64,000 bases of DNA from Candidatus Omnitrophota bacterium (GTDB lineage Bacteria; Omnitrophota; Gorgyraeia; Gygaellales; Profunditerraquicolaceae), in the NCBI GenBank assembly GCA_043809145.1, contig JAZDED010000014.1, positions 1,695-65,694 on the forward strand. The letters are read 5' to 3'. The notes beneath the pieces are model-generated. The model searched no databases. It saw only the letters and a list, made by a program, of their open reading frames with translations, and was not told the origin of the DNA. The position numbers were made by a program, and so were the translations under genes. This document shows positions 44,449 through 54,774 of the stretch, one piece after another (position 1 is the first letter of the stretch; each line of letters opens with the position of its first letter).

Positions 44449-45585
44449 TTAATTATAAGCGGCATTTATTTTAATATACTCAGGGCTAAGGTCAGACGTA
44501 TACACCGTAGCTCTGGATTGGCCCGCGTTCAACCAAACTTGGATCTTAATCTTATTTTTAGCTAACGGGCTTAATTTGACTTTCAATTTCTCTTCGTTAA
44601 AACTTACCCTGCTGGCTCCTAAACCAGCCACTACCCTGCCAAAATTAGGATCCTCCCCATACATAGCAGTCTTAAATAGATTAGAGTTTGCAATTGATAA
44701 AGCCGCTCTTTTGGCCTCTTGATAATTCCTGGCGCCGCTTACTGCAATTTCAATAAATTTAGTCGCTCCTTCGCCATCAGCAACAATCATTTTGGCTAAT
44801 TCCAGGCAGACAATATCTAAGGCCTTGGAAAACTGCCTGAAATTGGCTTTACTGTTTCCAATATCGGCTTTGCTGGCGCCGTTAGCTAAAGCAATTACAG
44901 TATCATTAGTACTCATACATCCATCTATAGTAATAGAATTAAAGGATTTATCCGAAGCTTGTTTTAGGGCCTTTTTCAAATTTAAATAAGATACCCGCGC
45001 ATCGGTCATAATAAAAGCGAGCATCGTCGCCATGTTGGGCGCAATCATCCCCGAACCCTTAGCAATACCACAGATAGTAATCTTTTTTTTGCCCAGGTTA
45101 AATTGAACAGTAATTTGTTTACTTACCAAGTCAGTAGTCAAAATAGCTTGGCTAACCTTGGCAATGTTTTTCCGGGATAAACCTGCCACCAGTCCCTGTA
45201 TGGCTTTATTAATTTTCTCCACCGGGAGCCTTTTGCCGATAATACCGGTAGACGCCACCAAAACCTCATTTTTATTAATACCCAACTCCAGGGATAAACG
45301 TTTCGCGTTATCCATTGCATCTATTAATCCCTGGCGTCCGGTAAAACAATTAGCATTGCCGCTATTAGCAATTATCGCCTTAATGTATTTGCTCCTGGAT
45401 AGATTAAGCTGGTTAAGTTTCAAACAAGCTGCTTTAACCTTGTTTGCTGTAATTAATGCTGCTGCAGAAGCCGGATATTGAGAATAAATGAGCCCAAGAT
45501 CAGGTTTACCGGAATGTTTAATGCCGCATGATCTTGCGCTAGCCAAGAACCCAATAGGCAATATTGCCTGGTAACAGGTTTTCAT
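44449..45585 (-). CDS. argJ: bifunctional ornithine acetyltransferase / N-acetylglutamate synthase
   Basis: 378 aa. Self-cleavage context PNMATMLAFIMTDA and other ArgJ blocks. Confidence 0.92.
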   Translation of the reverse strand: MKTCYQAILPIGFLASARSCGIKHSGKPDLGLIYSQYPASAAALITANKVKAACLKLNQLNLSRSKYIKAIIANSGNANCFTGRQGLIDAMDNAKRLSLELGINKNEVLVASTGIIGKRLPVEKINKAIQGLVAGLSRKNIAKVSQAILTTDLVSKQITVQFNLGKKKITICGIAKGSGMIAPNMATMLAFIMTDARVSYLNLKKALKQASDKSFNSITIDGCMSTNDTVIALANGASKADIGNSKANFRQFSKALDIVCLELAKMIVADGEGATKFIEIAVSGARNYQEAKRAALSIANSNLFKTAMYGEDPNFGRVVAGLGASRVSFNEEKLKVKLSPLAKNKIKIQVWLNAGQSRATVYTSDLSPEYIKINAAYN

Positions 45586-46607
45586 AATAACCCCGTACGC
45601 TCCTCAAATTTACAGAGTATATTCATATTCTGCACTGCCTGCCCCGAAGCGCCCTTCATCAGGTTGTCGATAACAGATATGATTACTGCCTTATCCCCAT
45701 CCTCCTGAATTCCTATATCGCAGAAATTCGTCCCTACCACGGCTTTAAGATTAGGATAATCACCTGCGTCACGCACCCTTACAAAAGGCTCTAATTTATA
45801 GAACTTCTTATAAAAATCGGTCAGGCCGCCTTTTTTAATCTTAGATTTTTTGCTTTTCTTAACATATATGGTTTCCAGAATACCTCTAGCCAGAGGCAAC
45901 AGATGCGGCACAAAACTTACCCTCACCTCATCCTGAGCCAGAAAACCTAACTCCTGGTTAATTTCCGGCATATGCTGATGGCTGTTAACTTTATAGGCCC
46001 GAAAATCACCTTCAATTTCCGAGAATAAAAGATCTTGAGATAACTTTCTTCCTGCGCCGGTTGAGCCGCTTTTGGCATCAATAATAATAGAATCTAAATC
46101 CACGGCTTCCGTTGCCACAAGCGGCGCCAATCCCAATATGGCTGCCGTAGGGTAACATCCGGGATTAGCGATAAAATTAGCCTTGCTTATATTCTCCCGG
46201 TAAAGCTCCGGCAAGCCATAGACTGATTTTTTCAAGTTTATTTTATCCTTATGGTCCACCTGATAGAAATTCCGGTATACCCTGCTATCCTTAAGCCGAT
46301 AATCCGCGCTTAAATCAATAACCGGTTTCTTGGCCGCTAATAACGCCGGAACAACACCCATAGATACCGTATGCGGCAAAGCCAGAAATACTAAATCGCA
46401 ATTATTAATGATCTCCTTTATATCGATCTCCTTGCAGATCAAATCAATCTTTCCCCGTAACCGCGGAAATAATTCGGAAATCGCAAGTGGTTTATCGATC
46501 TTTGCGTAAAGCCCGGTTATGCGCACATGAGCATGCTTTAATAAAATATCGATTAGCGCCTCACCGGCATAACCGCTGGCGCCCACAATCCCTGCTTTAA
46601 TCAGCAT
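45582..46607 (-). CDS. argC: N-acetyl-gamma-glutamyl-phosphate reductase
   Basis: 341 aa. GIVGASGYAG, with catalytic Cys in NPGCYPTA. Confidence 0.94.
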   Translation of the reverse strand: MLIKAGIVGASGYAGEALIDILLKHAHVRITGLYAKIDKPLAISELFPRLRGKIDLICKEIDIKEIINNCDLVFLALPHTVSMGVVPALLAAKKPVIDLSADYRLKDSRVYRNFYQVDHKDKINLKKSVYGLPELYRENISKANFIANPGCYPTAAILGLAPLVATEAVDLDSIIIDAKSGSTGAGRKLSQDLLFSEIEGDFRAYKVNSHQHMPEINQELGFLAQDEVRVSFVPHLLPLARGILETIYVKKSKKSKIKKGGLTDFYKKFYKLEPFVRVRDAGDYPNLKAVVGTNFCDIGIQEDGDKAVIISVIDNLMKGASGQAVQNMNILCKFEERTGLL

Positions 46608-46633
46608 AATGTTATCCTTTTTTTGTGAATATT

Positions 46634-46661
46634 ATTATATCCCTAAACAGTATTATATCAA
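46634..46661 (-). promoter_or_regulatory. candidate sigma70-type promoter of the arg operon
   Basis: Minus strand reads TTGATA-N16-TATAAT, 27 nt upstream of the argC ATG. Confidence 0.55.
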
Positions 46662-46770
46662 GTATTTTTATCGTCGGAACTACAATTTACATCATACTAT
46701 CCATAAGCTACGGGCTTGCTATCTTGCACCTGGCGCAACGCAAATTTGCGCCAGTGTTGCCCTTGTGGGC

Positions 46771-46797
46771 AAAAAAAATCCCGCTTCTTATGCGGGA
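46771..46797 (-). terminator. intrinsic terminator after rpsI
   Basis: Minus strand reads TCCCGC-ATAAGAA-GCGGGA followed by T8. Confidence 0.75.
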
Positions 46798-46833
46798 CTA
46801 TCTCTTAACACTTATCACTTAACCCTGTGTTCT

Positions 46834-47229
46834 TTACCTCTTAGTCCACTGGAAGCGTTTACGGGCTCCTTTCTGTCCGTACTTCTTGCGCTCCTTAGCC
46901 CTGGGGTCTCTGGTTAAATACCCATTCTTACGCAGCATCTCTCTTAACTCCGGTTGAACCTGCGAAAGCACGCGGGAAATTCCCAGCCTGAGCGCCCCTG
47001 CCTGGCCAGCCAGTCCGCCGCCTTGAATCTTGGCTTTGATATCAAATTGGGCCACGGTATTGGTAGCCTCAAGAGGCTGCTTTATAATCAGGCGGTCTGT
47101 CTCACGAATAAAATACTTATCCAAAACAGAACCATTAACCTCAATATCTCCCTTACCGGCCATAAGATAGACCCTGGCTGTTGCTTCCTTGCGCCTTCCT
47201 ATAGCTGCATACTTCTTTATCTCTTCCAT
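46834..47229 (-). CDS. rpsI: 30S ribosomal protein S9
   Basis: 131 aa. [19 protein letters not shown] and C-terminal [17 protein letters not shown]. Confidence 0.97.
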   Translation of the reverse strand: MEEIKKYAAIGRRKEATARVYLMAGKGDIEVNGSVLDKYFIRETDRLIIKQPLEATNTVAQFDIKAKIQGGGLAGQAGALRLGISRVLSQVQPELREMLRKNGYLTRDPRAKERKKYGQKGARKRFQWTKR

Positions 47230-47231
47230 AT

Positions 47232-47663
47232 TTATAATTTAATAACCTCCGGCTTTTGGCTTATGTGCGGATGATTACTGTCAGCATAAATCTTTAATTT
47301 CTTGACTATCTGCGCGCTGAGCGCCCCCTTCGGCAACATCCTTTCAATAGCCAATCTTAGCACAGTCTCGGGACTCTTAGTTAAAAGAGTTTCCAGATTA
47401 ACTTCTCTTAAACCTCCGGGATAGCCCGAATAACGCCGATACACCTTATCTTTTAGTTTATTGCCGGTAACCTTTATCTTGGCGGCATTAATAATTACAA
47501 CCGCATCCCCGGTATCCATAAAAGGAGTATAAATACTCTTATGTTTACCCCTTAAAATGCTGGCTACCTTAGAAGCAAGCCGTCCCAGCACCTTATCCTG
47601 GGCATCCACAAGATACCATTTCGTCTTAATCTCTGATTTCTTAGGCAAGTATGTTTTTTGCAT
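47232..47663 (-). CDS. rplM: 50S ribosomal protein L13
   Basis: 143 aa. [17 protein letters not shown]...LRGKHK. Confidence 0.97.
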   Translation of the reverse strand: MQKTYLPKKSEIKTKWYLVDAQDKVLGRLASKVASILRGKHKSIYTPFMDTGDAVVIINAAKIKVTGNKLKDKVYRRYSGYPGGLREVNLETLLTKSPETVLRLAIERMLPKGALSAQIVKKLKIYADSNHPHISQKPEVIKL

Positions 47664-47672
47664 AGACTATCA

Positions 47673-47700
47673 AATTTAGCATATTTTTAGCTTTTGTCAA
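47673..47700 (-). promoter_or_regulatory. candidate sigma70-type promoter for rplM-rpsI
   Basis: Minus strand reads TTGACA-N16-TAAATT, ending 9 nt upstream of the ATG at 47663. Confidence 0.4.
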
Positions 47701-47710
47701 ATAATTTTTA

Positions 47711-48856
47711 TTATATTTTCCTGATTAGGAATAAACACAAAAAACTGGTAGCCGCTGAAATCAGGATAAGCCACTTCAGGCCCAAGTAGGGAAGTAGCAG
47801 TGCGCCCGTGAGATTACTGGCTACTAGCGCCAGATTGCTGAAACTGCAAAGAAAAGCAAAGGATGTCGCCTCCAGCCCGGAAATAGTATTTTGAGCCATA
47901 AAATCCATAATCATTAAGAAAATAAACATCCCCATAAAACTATATATCACGTCATAAATGACAGCGGTGACAGGAGTATAATAAAGATAGCTCAATGTAG
48001 TAACCGCCCCCAGAAATACCGAAAAATAAAGCCACTTCTTTATATTTATTCTTTTGCTGAATTTATAATAAAGCAGTGACCCGGCTATGCCGAATAAGGT
48101 ACTTATGGTACCCAACCCGCCAATCCAGACCTTACCCCATTTAAAGGTATCGCGTTGTATAAAAAATAAAGGCGTTCCAAAAGACGGAGAATATTTATAA
48201 AGAAAAATAAAAAGCGCTACAACCAAAAGCTGCTTATGGCCAAACAACCGCTTTAAATCAGTTACCAACGACCTCCCTTGCATATTATTTTCTTCTCTCT
48301 CCTGCCTATAGAAGAAATTCACCATAAGCGCCAACAGATAAAAAGGGATAAGGAATAAAAAAGCCGGCCGATACCCCCACTTATAGGCAATCAGGCCTCC
48401 GGAAATACCGGTAACAAGCCCGGCGATATTAATAGCTATCCATTGCACGGACTGAATCTTGCCGGTAGTCCCTTCTTTTTTGCCCTCTACGCACATTATA
48501 CCGTCAACGCCGACATCCCTAAAAGCAGAACTGGCAGAATTTAGAGCTAAAAATAAAACCAGTATAAAAATCGGCAGTGCAAAGAGCCCCACAACCACGA
48601 CTAAAGCTATATCCAATAACAAGGAGATCGTAATCCAAAGCCGCTTATTAAAGAATTTATCTATTACATACCCGATTGCCGGCTTAACTAACCAGGAGAT
48701 TATAGTAATACTGCTTATGACCATAATCTTTTCTGCCGAAAAACCAAGTGTTTCTTTCAGGTAATAAAATAACCCCTGCGCGGGCAAACCTTCTATGCCC
48801 TGAATAAAGTAAACAGCCCCGCTTAAAGCGTATATCCAAAATAATTTATTTTTCAT
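47711..48856 (-). CDS. MFS transporter (folate-biopterin transporter/BT1-like)
   Basis: 381 aa with about 12 TM segments. The N-terminal pattern YFIQGIEGLPAQGLFYYLKETLGFS...SWLVKPAIGYVIDKF resembles the BT1 family. Confidence 0.6.
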   Translation of the reverse strand: MKNKLFWIYALSGAVYFIQGIEGLPAQGLFYYLKETLGFSAEKIMVISSITIISWLVKPAIGYVIDKFFNKRLWITISLLLDIALVVVVGLFALPIFILVLFLALNSASSAFRDVGVDGIMCVEGKKEGTTGKIQSVQWIAINIAGLVTGISGGLIAYKWGYRPAFLFLIPFYLLALMVNFFYRQEREENNMQGRSLVTDLKRLFGHKQLLVVALFIFLYKYSPSFGTPLFFIQRDTFKWGKVWIGGLGTISTLFGIAGSLLYYKFSKRINIKKWLYFSVFLGAVTTLSYLYYTPVTAVIYDVIYSFMGMFIFLMIMDFMAQNTISGLEATSFAFLCSFSNLALVASNLTGALLLPYLGLKWLILISAATSFLCLFLIRKI

Positions 48857-48879
48857 ATTATTAGAACCTCAACTAAAAT

Positions 48880-48912
48880 AAAAAAGCTACCAGTATACTG
48901 ATAGCTTTTTTT
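48880..48912 (-). terminator. putative intrinsic terminator after secG
   Basis: Near-perfect palindrome AGCTA(C/T)CAGTA|TACTG(A/G)TAGCT flanked by A6 and T7. On the minus strand the stem is followed by TTTTTTATTTT. Confidence 0.55.
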
Positions 48913-48929
48913 CTAAACTTTACCCCAAC

Positions 48930-49313
48930 CTAGCGCGCGGCTTGAGTCGCATTTTCTAAGGAAGCTTGTTTTTCAGGCGTATCGAGGCTGCTAGTTTGAT
49001 TAGCAGATTTTTCCTCTGTAGTATTTTTAGTTAAATTTCCTTCCATCGCCGCTGGGTTACTATCCTTAACATTAGCCATTAAGGATTTGCTCTGCCTCAA
49101 TGATAGATATGCCAGGCTAAGACAAGTAATAATAAACAAAGTAGCCAGAACTGTAGTTGTGCGCGTAAGCATGGTATTGGTTTTAGTTCCTAGCATATTC
49201 TCTACGCCTGAAAAACTATCCACCAGCCCCCCGCCTCTTCCGGATTGGATAAGGACGATAAAAACCAATAAAACACAAACTAAAGCATGCAGAATTATAA
49301 TAAATGTCATCAT
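48930..49313 (-). CDS. secG: preprotein translocase subunit SecG with extended C-terminal tail
   Basis: 127 aa starting MMTFIIILHALVCVLLVFIVLIQSGRGGGL, with a second TM and then a ~55-aa polar tail. Confidence 0.85.
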   Translation of the reverse strand: MMTFIIILHALVCVLLVFIVLIQSGRGGGLVDSFSGVENMLGTKTNTMLTRTTTVLATLFIITCLSLAYLSLRQSKSLMANVKDSNPAAMEGNLTKNTTEEKSANQTSSLDTPEKQASLENATQAAR

Positions 49314-50074
49314 TTCTTTACCTCATTTGCCTTTCTGACTATTTCTGAAAACGACTCAATTTTTAGGCTGGCTCCCCCTACCAAGGCTCCATCCACATCC
49401 GGCTGGCGCATAAGTTCAACGATATTCTCCGGTTTTACGCTTCCTCCGTATTGTATGCGCTGGTTACCGGCTACAAACTCATCAAAAACCTTGGCAACCA
49501 ACTTACGGATAAATTCATGCGCTTCCTGCGCCTGCAGGGATGTTGCCGTACGCCCGGTGCCTATAGCCCAAACCGGCTCATAAGCAATGACTACCCGCGC
49601 AACATCATCTTTATCAATACCTCTTAATCCATTCTCAATATGGTCACTAAGAACATCAAAAGTCTTTTGCCCATCCCTTTCTTCCAGGGTTTCACCGATA
49701 CAAAAAATAGGCAAAAGGCCATTCTTTAAAGCTGCTTTAAGCTTTTTATTTACTGACTCGTTGGTCTCATGAAAATACTGCCTGCGCTCAGAATGCCCAA
49801 TAATCACATAACTGCAACCGGCATCCTTAAGCATGGCGCAAGAGATCTCACCCGTAAACGCGCCCTCCTCCTGCCAGTATAGATCCTGGGCCCCAAGCTT
49901 AATATCAGACTCAGCAATGACCTCTGCTACTTCGCTCAAAGCTGTGTAAGCAGGACAAACTACAATGTCCAGATCCAGATCATACAAAGACCTTTTTAGG
50001 CCATTAACCAACTCAATGGCCTCAGGTATAGTCTTATACATCTTCCAGTTACCGGCAATTATAGTTTTTCTCAT
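49310..50074 (-). CDS. tpiA: triose-phosphate isomerase
   Basis: 254 aa. IAGNWKM, IIGHSERR, AYEPVWAIGTG. Confidence 0.96.
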   Translation of the reverse strand: MRKTIIAGNWKMYKTIPEAIELVNGLKRSLYDLDLDIVVCPAYTALSEVAEVIAESDIKLGAQDLYWQEEGAFTGEISCAMLKDAGCSYVIIGHSERRQYFHETNESVNKKLKAALKNGLLPIFCIGETLEERDGQKTFDVLSDHIENGLRGIDKDDVARVVIAYEPVWAIGTGRTATSLQAQEAHEFIRKLVAKVFDEFVAGNQRIQYGGSVKPENIVELMRQPDVDGALVGGASLKIESFSEIVRKANEVKK

Positions 50075-51255
50075 TATTTATCAGTCAAACTAGCGATACC
50101 CGGCAAAACCTTACCTTCTAAGAACTCCAGGCTTGCGCCGCCACCCGTAGATACATGAGACATTTTACTCTGCATACCGAATTTACTAACTGCAGCAGCT
50201 GTATCTCCGCCTCCGATTATACTGGTTGTCTTAAGATGCGCAATAAATTCTACTATCTCTTTAGTGCCCTTACTGAAAGCATCCATTTCAAATATACCTA
50301 AAGGGCCATTCCAGACAATAGTCCGGGCATTTTTTAATTTATCTTTAAAAAGGGCTATTGTTTCGGGCCCGATATCAACAGCGATTTTACCATCAGGAAT
50401 ATTATCTCCTACCAATTCGCTCTTAGAGTCAGCATCAATCTTATCCACTACTATATTATCTACAGGAAGAACTATCTCTTTATTTACAGCCTTGGCCTTA
50501 TCTAAAATACTCTTGGCAAGCTCCAATTTATCCTTTTCCAGCTTGGAATTACCTATATTTTTACCTTGGGCTTTAAGAAAAGTATAACTCATCCCGCCGC
50601 CGATTAAAATTGCGTCGCACTTAACCAGCAGGTTATCAATAACCGCGATCTTATCGGAAACCTTGGCTCCGCCAAGTATGGCTACAAATGGCCTTTGCGG
50701 ATCCTGCAAAGCATCTCCAAGATATTTTATCTCCTTTTCCAGAAGAAAACCGGCAACCGATTTCAAATATTTAGTTATACCTGTCGTAGAAGCATGCGCC
50801 CGATGAGCAGTACCAAAGGCGTCATTGACAAAAATTTCGCCTAAAGAGGATAACTCTTTGGCAAAAACGCTGTCATTGGCTTCCTCTTCCGAATGATAAC
50901 GCAGATTTTCTAAAAGCACTATTCTTTCCTTGGCCTGGGCGGCGCTTTTTTTTACCTTTTGTCCCACACAATCGTCTAAGAATTTTACATTCTCTCCAAG
51001 AAGGCCTTTAAGCCTTTGGGCAACAGGCTTAAGGCTATATTTATCCACTCTTTTCCCGTCCGGACGGCCAAGATGGCTCATTAAAATCAGCCTTTTGGCC
51101 CCTTTGTCCAATATATATCGTATAGTAGGCAGAGTTTCCTTTATCCGGGTATCATCGGTTATATTTAATTTATCATCCAGGGGGACGTTAAAATCCGCCC
51201 GCATCAATACAATCTTATTCTTTAAATCCACATCCCTTAAAGTCATCTTAGCCAT
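50074..51255 (-). CDS. pgk: phosphoglycerate kinase
   Basis: 393 aa. RADFNVPL, MSHLGRP, and a GGGDT-type C-terminus. Confidence 0.96.
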   Translation of the reverse strand: MAKMTLRDVDLKNKIVLMRADFNVPLDDKLNITDDTRIKETLPTIRYILDKGAKRLILMSHLGRPDGKRVDKYSLKPVAQRLKGLLGENVKFLDDCVGQKVKKSAAQAKERIVLLENLRYHSEEEANDSVFAKELSSLGEIFVNDAFGTAHRAHASTTGITKYLKSVAGFLLEKEIKYLGDALQDPQRPFVAILGGAKVSDKIAVIDNLLVKCDAILIGGGMSYTFLKAQGKNIGNSKLEKDKLELAKSILDKAKAVNKEIVLPVDNIVVDKIDADSKSELVGDNIPDGKIAVDIGPETIALFKDKLKNARTIVWNGPLGIFEMDAFSKGTKEIVEFIAHLKTTSIIGGGDTAAAVSKFGMQSKMSHVSTGGGASLEFLEGKVLPGIASLTDK

Positions 51256-51329
51256 ATCCGTTTAACCCCCATAAATATTAACTCACCTGACTCGAGCCAA
51301 CCTTGCTTTATGTTTATTACGAGAGTACT

Positions 51330-51358
51330 AATATATATTAAATTGCTTTTTTTGTCAA
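51330..51358 (-). promoter_or_regulatory. candidate sigma70-type promoter for pgk-tpiA-secG
   Basis: Minus strand reads TTGACA-N17-TATATT. The -35 element overlaps the stop codon of the upstream 753-aa gene. Confidence 0.5.
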
Positions 51359-53616
51359 AGGATTTTAGCGCCTTTACGCGTATAAAGATAAAACATGAAA
51401 ATGCTGGTTAATTTCAGAATTACGGCTACAAGGTAGGTATTAAATAGGCCTATGAGGGGAATAAATAATACACAGCTCAAAACACTTCCTAAGCTACTTC
51501 CTAAAAGATCAAAAAAATAGAGCAAACCGGATGTTTCTGCCGGCTTATGCCCGTACTGCAAATATATTTTAGCCGCCAAGGGAAATTCTAACCCTACAAT
51601 AAATCCGGAAATAACAAAAGCAGGGTAAAAGAATAAATACATAACTAAAAGATTGGCCTGGAGTGAGGATGCCGATAATGCCAGCGACAAAGCAAATAAA
51701 ACCCCCAATACCTCAATTCCCATTAATAATTTCAGGCTATCCTTTATTCTTAACAAAAAGGAGCTATTCGCCAGGCTTCCTAGCCCTGCCCCTAACATAA
51801 ATAAACCAATCAGTAAGCCAATCTGATGGTATAGGTAGCCATAAACAATCTGAAAATTAAGCAATAAACCCAGGCTCAAAATCACCCCCAAAAAACCTGT
51901 AGTAAAAATTGTATATGAGACGCTGAACTTAACGCTTCTTCTTTTGTAAGATAATTTGAATAAAATAAGGAACAAAATAAATAATCCGATTATCAATTGC
52001 CCTACATTAAGATTACCCAGAAATTTCAAGACTCCCGATATAGATGGCGAAAACTTATTATTCCAGAAAGCCAACATCTGCCAGACTAAAACCGGCATGG
52101 TGTCTGAATTCACGCGCGCTGTTGCGCCCCGGCTATTATCATAGAACCATTGCCGCAATCCCGGCGAAAGCCTGTATTCGATATGCCCAGCGCTAAGGAA
52201 GCTTGAACCAGTTTTACGCTCTTTAAAACGACGGATGATTAATTCTGCGCCAATCTTATCCAAATCCACGGAATTAGAAGCCAGGTATATATTATAGTCC
52301 CCGGGAAGAATCCGGGTAAACCTAAAAACCTTATTTAATGCGTTAAATACCGAATAATTCACGTCCCTTAATTCCGGGCTCAGATGCGTCAATGACCCGG
52401 GTAGTGTAAAAGCAAATATCCCCGCAGCCTTCAACCGCCGAGAAACCTGCATAAAAAACTCTTTAGTAAAAAAACGGTTCGCAGACAGGCTGGCCGGTAT
52501 GGTTTCCCCGAGCAAGATACAATCATAAAAAAGACTTTTATTACCCATATAAAATCTGGCGTCTTGATTGATAACCTTAACCCGGCTATCGCTGAATTCT
52601 TGCAGGGTAACCCGAGATGCGTATTTCTTAACAAGCGCAATAAATAAAGGGTCTACCTCCAGATAATCCAATCTTTTCAACCCGCCAAACAGAATTTCCT
52701 TAAGCAATCCCCCTGTGCCTGAATTTATCAAAAGCACATCCTTGGGATCATGATGAAATAAAAGGGGAAAATTACCAAATTCTTCAGCATAGACAAGGTC
52801 CGTCCAGGGCATAGTCAAAGATGGTATTGCATTACGGTAAAATGAATATTGTTCTTTATTCTTTAAAACTACAATATTTTCATACACAGAGTTGCGGTAT
52901 TCAAGCATTTGAGTTGTCTGCCATTGCCGGTTAATAGAACCTTTATGTATTCTGTCCGGATTGACGATTAGGAATAAAATTAATATTAAAATCAAGGCTA
53001 AAGAGAATAAATAATTCTTCTTCAAACCAGGCCAATTCTTAATAAGGATAAAAGAGAAAATGATATTTGTCATGGCAATTAAATATACAACGCGAAAAGA
53101 GTTTAGATAGGGAATAAAAAGATACGTTAGGCAAATACCTCCCAGGAAAGTTCCGACAGCCTCCCAGGCGTATACTTTACCGATAACGCAATAGCTTCTT
53201 TTTTGCGCCTCCTGGAATAACCGGCAGGTAGAACTAAACAATCCTCCATGAATAAAGGCGATTGGTAAGCTGATTGCAAGAGATACAATAAAAATATGCC
53301 CTAACCCCAAACCTTGGGCAAAAGAAATACCCAATACCCCCTTATATATTCTGGCTAAGTAAATTGCAACAGGCAGGAATAGAACAAAGATTATCTGCAG
53401 GAATATAAAAAACCCGAGTTGATTTTTTATTCTGTCCGCAAATTTTCCTAAAACAAATGCCCCACAAGCCTCAAGCAAAACCCAGTTGGCTAGAATAATC
53501 CCCAGGCTCAACTCATTCCCGTAGAACCCAACTAAGAGTTCCCTTAGAATAAGAACCTGAGCGGTTATTCCGCTGAGTCCGATAATTATTAAAGTGATTA
53601 TTTTTGTTAGGCTCAT
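51355..53616 (-). CDS. membrane-fused spermidine synthase-like (polyamine aminopropyltransferase-fold) protein
   Basis: 753 aa with about 7 N-terminal TM segments. The central SAM-fold domain has VLLINSGTGGLLKEIL...LDYLEVDP...NQDARFY, and there are about 6 C-terminal TM segments. Confidence 0.7.
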   Translation of the reverse strand: MSLTKIITLIIIGLSGITAQVLILRELLVGFYGNELSLGIILANWVLLEACGAFVLGKFADRIKNQLGFFIFLQIIFVLFLPVAIYLARIYKGVLGISFAQGLGLGHIFIVSLAISLPIAFIHGGLFSSTCRLFQEAQKRSYCVIGKVYAWEAVGTFLGGICLTYLFIPYLNSFRVVYLIAMTNIIFSFILIKNWPGLKKNYLFSLALILILILFLIVNPDRIHKGSINRQWQTTQMLEYRNSVYENIVVLKNKEQYSFYRNAIPSLTMPWTDLVYAEEFGNFPLLFHHDPKDVLLINSGTGGLLKEILFGGLKRLDYLEVDPLFIALVKKYASRVTLQEFSDSRVKVINQDARFYMGNKSLFYDCILLGETIPASLSANRFFTKEFFMQVSRRLKAAGIFAFTLPGSLTHLSPELRDVNYSVFNALNKVFRFTRILPGDYNIYLASNSVDLDKIGAELIIRRFKERKTGSSFLSAGHIEYRLSPGLRQWFYDNSRGATARVNSDTMPVLVWQMLAFWNNKFSPSISGVLKFLGNLNVGQLIIGLFILFLILFKLSYKRRSVKFSVSYTIFTTGFLGVILSLGLLLNFQIVYGYLYHQIGLLIGLFMLGAGLGSLANSSFLLRIKDSLKLLMGIEVLGVLFALSLALSASSLQANLLVMYLFFYPAFVISGFIVGLEFPLAAKIYLQYGHKPAETSGLLYFFDLLGSSLGSVLSCVLFIPLIGLFNTYLVAVILKLTSIFMFYLYTRKGAKIL

Positions 53617-53651
53617 AAAAGAAAAGGCCCGCTAAAATAAGTTAGCGGGCC
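53617..53651 (-). terminator. strong hairpin/terminator after gap, abutting the next start codon
   Basis: Minus strand reads GGCCCGCTAA-CTTATT-TTAGCGGGCC followed by TTTTCTTTT, then directly by the ATG at 53616. Confidence 0.7.
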
Positions 53652-53683
53652 AGAAACTTAATTAAAAAGATTATAATGATCTA

Positions 53684-54736
53684 TTATAAACCTTTTTTGA
53701 CGATTAATTCGCACAGATCCACCACCCTTGATGAATACCCCCACTCATTATCATACCATGAGAGGACTTTAATAAAATCATCCTGGATTACCTTTGTGCT
53801 TTTTCCGTCGACGATAGAACTCAAAGTACAGTGGTTAAAATCAATTGAAACAACCGGATCTTCGGTATAGCCTAAGATACCCTTCATTCTAGATTCCGAT
53901 GCCTCTTTAAGGGCAGTATTAACCTCTTCTACCGTAGCCTTCTTGGCTAAACTACAGGTAAGGTCAACTACCGAAACATTAAGAACAGGCACCCTTATGG
54001 CAAACCCGTCAAGCTTTCCTTTTAATTCTGGAATAACCAAAGATATCGCCTTGGCAGCTCCGGTTGACGTAGGAATCATGGAAACCGCGGCAGCGCGGGA
54101 ACGGCGTAAATCCGAATGCGCCATATCCTGCACCCTTTGATCATTGGTATACGCATGGATAGTAGTCATCAATCCTTTTACTATACCCCATTTATCATTA
54201 AGTACCTTGGCAACCGGGCCAAGACAATTAGTCGTACAGGAGGCATTGGAAAGCACGAAGTGGCTCTTAGGATCATACTTGTCATCATTAACGCCTAATA
54301 CAATTGTGATATCTTCACCTTCTGCCGGAGCTGAAATAACCACTCTTTTTGCCCCGCCGCGAGTTATGTGGTTTTCGGCGCCGCGCACCTCTTTGCCTTT
54401 TTTATTTACTCCGTCTTTCTTGATGGTAAAAAGGCCTGTTGACTCAACCACAATATCCACCCCTAAGTCTTTCCAGGGCAATTCCGCAGGATCTCTCTTC
54501 ATTAAGACCTTAATCGTTTTACCGTTAACCGAAATTGCGTCTTCACCAACAGCCTTTACTTCACCGGGGAATCGGCCGTGCACTGAATCATATTTAAATA
54601 AATAGGCGTTAGTTTTAGCGTCAAACAGGTCATTGACCGCTACCAACTCCAACTGTGTATTCTTACGCTCTAAAATAGCCCGCGCAACCAGTCTTCCGAT
54701 TCTTCCGAAACCATTAATACCGACTTTTACTGCCAT
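53684..54736 (-). CDS. gap: type I glyceraldehyde-3-phosphate dehydrogenase
   Basis: 350 aa. [11 protein letters not shown]; [10 protein letters not shown] (catalytic Cys); WYDNEWGYS. Confidence 0.96.
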   Translation of the reverse strand: MAVKVGINGFGRIGRLVARAILERKNTQLELVAVNDLFDAKTNAYLFKYDSVHGRFPGEVKAVGEDAISVNGKTIKVLMKRDPAELPWKDLGVDIVVESTGLFTIKKDGVNKKGKEVRGAENHITRGGAKRVVISAPAEGEDITIVLGVNDDKYDPKSHFVLSNASCTTNCLGPVAKVLNDKWGIVKGLMTTIHAYTNDQRVQDMAHSDLRRSRAAAVSMIPTSTGAAKAISLVIPELKGKLDGFAIRVPVLNVSVVDLTCSLAKKATVEEVNTALKEASESRMKGILGYTEDPVVSIDFNHCTLSSIVDGKSTKVIQDDFIKVLSWYDNEWGYSSRVVDLCELIVKKGL

Positions 54737-54774
54737 ATCTTCTCCCCTCCTAAATTTGTATCACTTCTCTTGTT

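Noticed and set aside
46623-46643. ARG-box (ArgR operator) overlapping the argC promoter -10 region (TATAATAATATTCACAA).
   Set aside because: Only the right half-site (ATTCA) and the central AT tract match TNTGAATWWWWATTCANW. The left half-site is poor. The match is insufficient in an AT-rich genome.
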